Assembly: GCA_030141605.1 (NCBI GenBank)
Contig: JAQGDQ010000993.1
Location: 8,148 to 72,147 of the forward strand
Reading direction: 5' to 3'
Length of the DNA stretch: 64,000 nucleotides
Origin: Tubiluchus corallicola
Taxonomy: Eukaryota; Animalia; Priapulida
In this document: positions 60,095-64,000 of the stretch, piece by piece
Position numbering within the stretch: the first letter of the stretch is position 1
Layout: each line of letters opens with the position of its first letter
The notes under the pieces: model-generated
Seen by the model: only the letters and a program-made list of their open reading frames with translations
The model's database searches: none
Told to the model about the DNA's origin: nothing
Made by a program: the position numbers and the translations under genes

Positions 60095-61130
60095 AAAGAG
60101 AAGAGACGAGAAGAGAAAAGAAGAGAAAAGAAGGGAAGAGAAGAGAAGGAGAACGAGAAGAGAAGAGAAGAGGAGAAGAGAAGAGAAGAGAAGAGAAGAG
60201 AAGAGAAGAGAAGAGAAGAGAAGAGAAGAGAAGAGAAGAGAAGAGAAGAGAAGAGAAGAGAAGAGAAGAGGAGAACGAGAAGAGAAGAGAACGAGAAGAG
60301 AAGAGACGAGACGAGAACGAGAAGAGAAGAGAAGAGGAGAACGAGAAGAGAACGAGAAGGAGAAGAGAAGAGAAGAGAAGAAGAAAGAAGAAGAGAAGAG
60401 AAGAGAAGAGAAGAAGAAGAGGAGAAGAGAAGAGAAGAGAAGAGAAGAGAAGAGAAGAGAAGAAGAAGAAGAAGAAGAAGAAGAAGAAGAGAAGAGAAGG
60501 AAGAACGAGAAGAAAAGAGAACGAAGAGAACGAAGAAGAACGAGAAGAGAAGAAGAGAACGAGAAGAGAAGGAACAAGAAAGTGAAAGAGAAGAGAAGAA
60601 GAAGAGAAGAAGAGAAGAGAAGAAGAAGAGAAGAGAAGAGAAGAAGAAGAGAAGAGAAGAGAAGAAGAAGAAGAAGAAGAAGAAGAAGAAGAAGAAGAAG
60701 AAGAAGAAGAGAAGAGAAGAAGAGAAGAGAAGAGAAGAGAAGAGAAGAGAAGAAGAAGAGAAGAGAAGAGAAGAGAAGAGAAGAGAAGAGAAGAGAAGAG
60801 AAGAGAAGAGAACGAGAAGAAGAGAGAACGAGAAGAGAAGAGAACGAGAAGAAGAGAGAACGAGAAGAGAAGGAGAAGAGAACGAGAAGAGAAGAGAACG
60901 AGAAGAGAAGAGACGAGACGAGAAGAGATGAGAAGAGAGAAGAGAAGAGAAGAGAAGAGAAGAGACGAGAAGAGAAGAGAAGAGAAGAGAAGAGAAGAGA
61001 AGAGAAGAGAAGAGAAGAGAAGAGAAGAGAAGAGAAGAGAAGAGAAGAGAAGAGAAGAGAAGAGAAGAGAAGAGAAGAGAAGAGAAGAGAAGAGAAGAGA
61101 AGAGAAGAGAAGAGAAGAGAAGAGAAGAGA
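60095..61130. repeat. Purine-rich (GAAGA)n/(GAA)n microsatellite, about 1 kb
   Basis: Direct reading. Confidence 0.95.
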
Positions 61131-62517
61131 ATACTGGCAGTCTACATGACGTGGTTATTTTATTGCAGACTACCAGGCTAATGAATCTCTTATTAATAGT
61201 AATAAAAATGCACGACAGAAAAACCAAATACCTAAACATTTAACAACGAGCTCCACATTTTTAATACAAAAAATATAACATTACTCATATAATAATTATG
61301 TTATCAGGTATAAAGTGAAAAGCATATGTGTAGTTTAAGCTTATATAAATGTACAGTTATAAATATGTTCATATTTCAATACATACATGTAGATAATAAA
61401 TATAGACAAATTTATCTTCGTACAGCTGTGCACAGTGTACAGTGTTCAGCAGGTATTAATTAACCCTTAGCCGACCAAAAATGTCAGTACATATCTCTGC
61501 ATATACATTGTCGCAGAAATGCGAGGGAATTTGTTTTTAATAGTAGGTTAAAAACTTGATTAATGACAGGTGAGCTAAACTTGTGATGATATCACAACTG
61601 AACATAGTACAAGCATCCCACGAGCATGTTGCACATCTTTGCGAAAGTGTGAGGTGTACGTCTTTGTAAAGTGCAGTGTTAAGTTGAAGTTCAAGTTTAA
61701 AATGCAAATTTTGAGTTTATCACTGTGCTCACACATGAGCTCTATGTCACAACTGAACACTTCTGAACTAAAACTGTGTGCATGTAATTGCTGTACATGC
61801 AGTACCAGTTACATATCAGCATACTGATAGCCCAACATTTTTAGGAGATGCCGTTGCAGCATCATTTACAGTTCACAAGAATTTGGAGTGCTGTCGGGTT
61901 GGACACATTGGTTACCTTTTCACAGTTCATGATCACAGTCTCCTTGTAAAGTTTTCCTCCCAAAAAGGTAAATATAGTTTGATGTTGATTCAGATTTTCC
62001 ACTTGTGTTAGTAGAGGAATTTTCTTCCACTTTTGTTTAATCCTTGTTTTTGCACGAACTTGGCACCGTTTTTTCCAATTTTTTGCCACTGAATGAGCGA
62101 AACATCGTATACAGTGGTAAACAATAGTAAACAATTATTTGGTATCTTAATGTCAAGATTTCCATTAATGATGGTACAAACCCACAATAAATTAGATGTT
62201 GATAACAAACTGAAATGTTGGAACACAGCTTAGATTGGAACCGGTGACCTTAGCTTATAAGGTCAACATCATAACCACTAGGTCACCATGTTTCTTGGTG
62301 ATTATGGCACTCCAACCTTTATCCCATGTAGGGTGTCGACCATTTCAGTATTTCCAGTGTTAGTTCGCTCACATTAAAGTGATTCTAACTAATTAGATGA
62401 TTTTCCTTTTTGATTAATTTGGAGCCTGAAATTTCCATGGGTAAAATAATCACCTACTTATCATCTTAATGTCAAGATTGTCGTTTTTGATGGTACGAAC
62501 AGTAACAAGCTATTATG

Positions 62518-63211
62518 GTGCATAAATAAAGCACTATAATGTGCAACCCTTCGGCACTTATTTTGTCATCTCTCATTACCCTGTTTTATGCTTTTAAACT
62601 TAACAGTAAACTGTGGACAACCATATTAAACTACTGTCCAGTAATTGTATTAACCTGAGAAAGATCTAAGTTTGAGACCTCAAACTTTATCCTGGAATCA
62701 CCAGTTTTTATCAATTTGATGACATTTTGAGAGTGCTTATCACTGTTGATGGTGCAATAAATTAAATTTTGATACCAAACTCCAAGGACAGGAAATGTTA
62801 ATAGTTGAACACAACCTGGAAATGGAACACATTCTAAAACATTGACTAGCTATACGTACAGATGGACTACTATAATTATGCGGAAACAGTGTGGATTGAT
62901 TATTCTGGTATCGGTCTTGTAAGCCACGGGTTCCTGGTTCGAATACAGGTTGTATTTCCTTATCTTTGGAGTTTGTATCAAATTTTAATTAACTGTGGGC
63001 TTGTACCATAAACAAATGGTAAGTACTGTCAAGATGTCCCCAAATTGATAAAAACTGGTGATTCAGGATAAGGTTTGAGGTCTCAAATTTAGATGTTTTA
63101 GTTTAATCTGGTTTAATACCTGTTGGAAGCATTGTACACCTAAAATAGAGCAATGAGAGATGACAAAATAAGTGCTAAAAAGCTGCACCTCAAGCACTTT
63201 ATTTATGAACC
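62518..63211. mobile_element. Old foldback element with about 270-bp imperfect inverted arms
   Basis: gcacttattttgtcatctctcatt pairs with aatgagagatgacaaaataagtgc; tttgagacctcaaac pairs with gtttgaggtctcaaa; aatcaccagtttttatcaattt pairs with aaattgataaaaactggtgatt. Confidence 0.7.
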
Positions 63212-64000
63212 AGTTTTTCAGATTTATTTATGATTTTGTAGATTTTGGATCGTTTCACAATACTATATCTCCATTCAGACGAGAAGGTAGTAAACCGTCG
63301 GTATTTACAGAGAGGACTGACGATTCTTCGGCTGTTCAGTATTTTCAGGTAATGTAGCTGATGGTTTTTTCCACATTACCTGTTAGTAAAATGCATGCAG
63401 CCCATGAAACACATTACAAATTGTGTGGTTAAACAATCGGTTTTGTATAATTGCAATATTGACATGTATGTTACATTTACAGTGTGTCACTCAGCTTCTT
63501 AATTTATTTATTACGGTCACATTTCTGATGGGTCTACTGATGAGTGTTGGCCCAGTGTCATTACTTGGAATTTTTTCATAGGCTGTTTACTGACTTGAGA
63601 TTGTGTAACTGCCATCCTTGCAATTCTCAGTAGGATTGCTTTTATGATAATAATATGCACCTGTGGCTTACTGAGCCATCTTGCAAATATTATGGAAAAG
63701 TACTAGCTGGTGTTCTAGTATTTTAGGCAAATATAGATTTATACTTTATAGTATGGTACACAGTAATAGATCCTGCCATCTGCTTTGGTGCAGACCAAAT
63801 TGACTTAGTTTTTTATGCTACTTCTCAATACTGCAAAGTGTCAACCTAAAGCAGTTTGTTTGCTTTTCAGTTTTATGATACAGTTGCATATTCTATCTAG
63901 TAATACTAGAAGCTTAGCCCTTACTGCATACACATTTAAATATTAACCACTTTTTAAAACATAAATAAATAAACAACGTGTTTTATTAAAAAGTTACACC

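Noticed and set aside
59948-61239. Long REEKR / FSSLL ORFs (327-395 aa)
   Set aside because: Translations of a (GAAGA)n microsatellite.

Overview
AT-rich, intron-containing animal (probably marine invertebrate) genomic DNA. The window is dominated by a giant near-perfect inverted duplication. The left arm is 1..27123 (running off the left edge), the right arm is 28605..55758, and a unique spacer of about 1.48 kb (27124..28604) separates them. Each arm carries five genes: a serine beta-lactamase-family protein (complete only in the right copy, ending at 58795), a secreted LRR/LRRCT protein, an intronless class A GPCR with DRY changed to SQY, a POMK/SgK196-like kinase, and a secreted single-EGF protein. 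The inner junction abuts an extra 15-bp copy of the terminus of a TTAA-flanked Kolobok-like element that sits in the spacer. The junction also cuts between the EGF gene's TATA box and its first exon. The remainder is LINE remnants, MITEs/foldback elements, and mini- and microsatellites. Gene models were built by eye from splice sites and reading-frame phase; no database searches were run.
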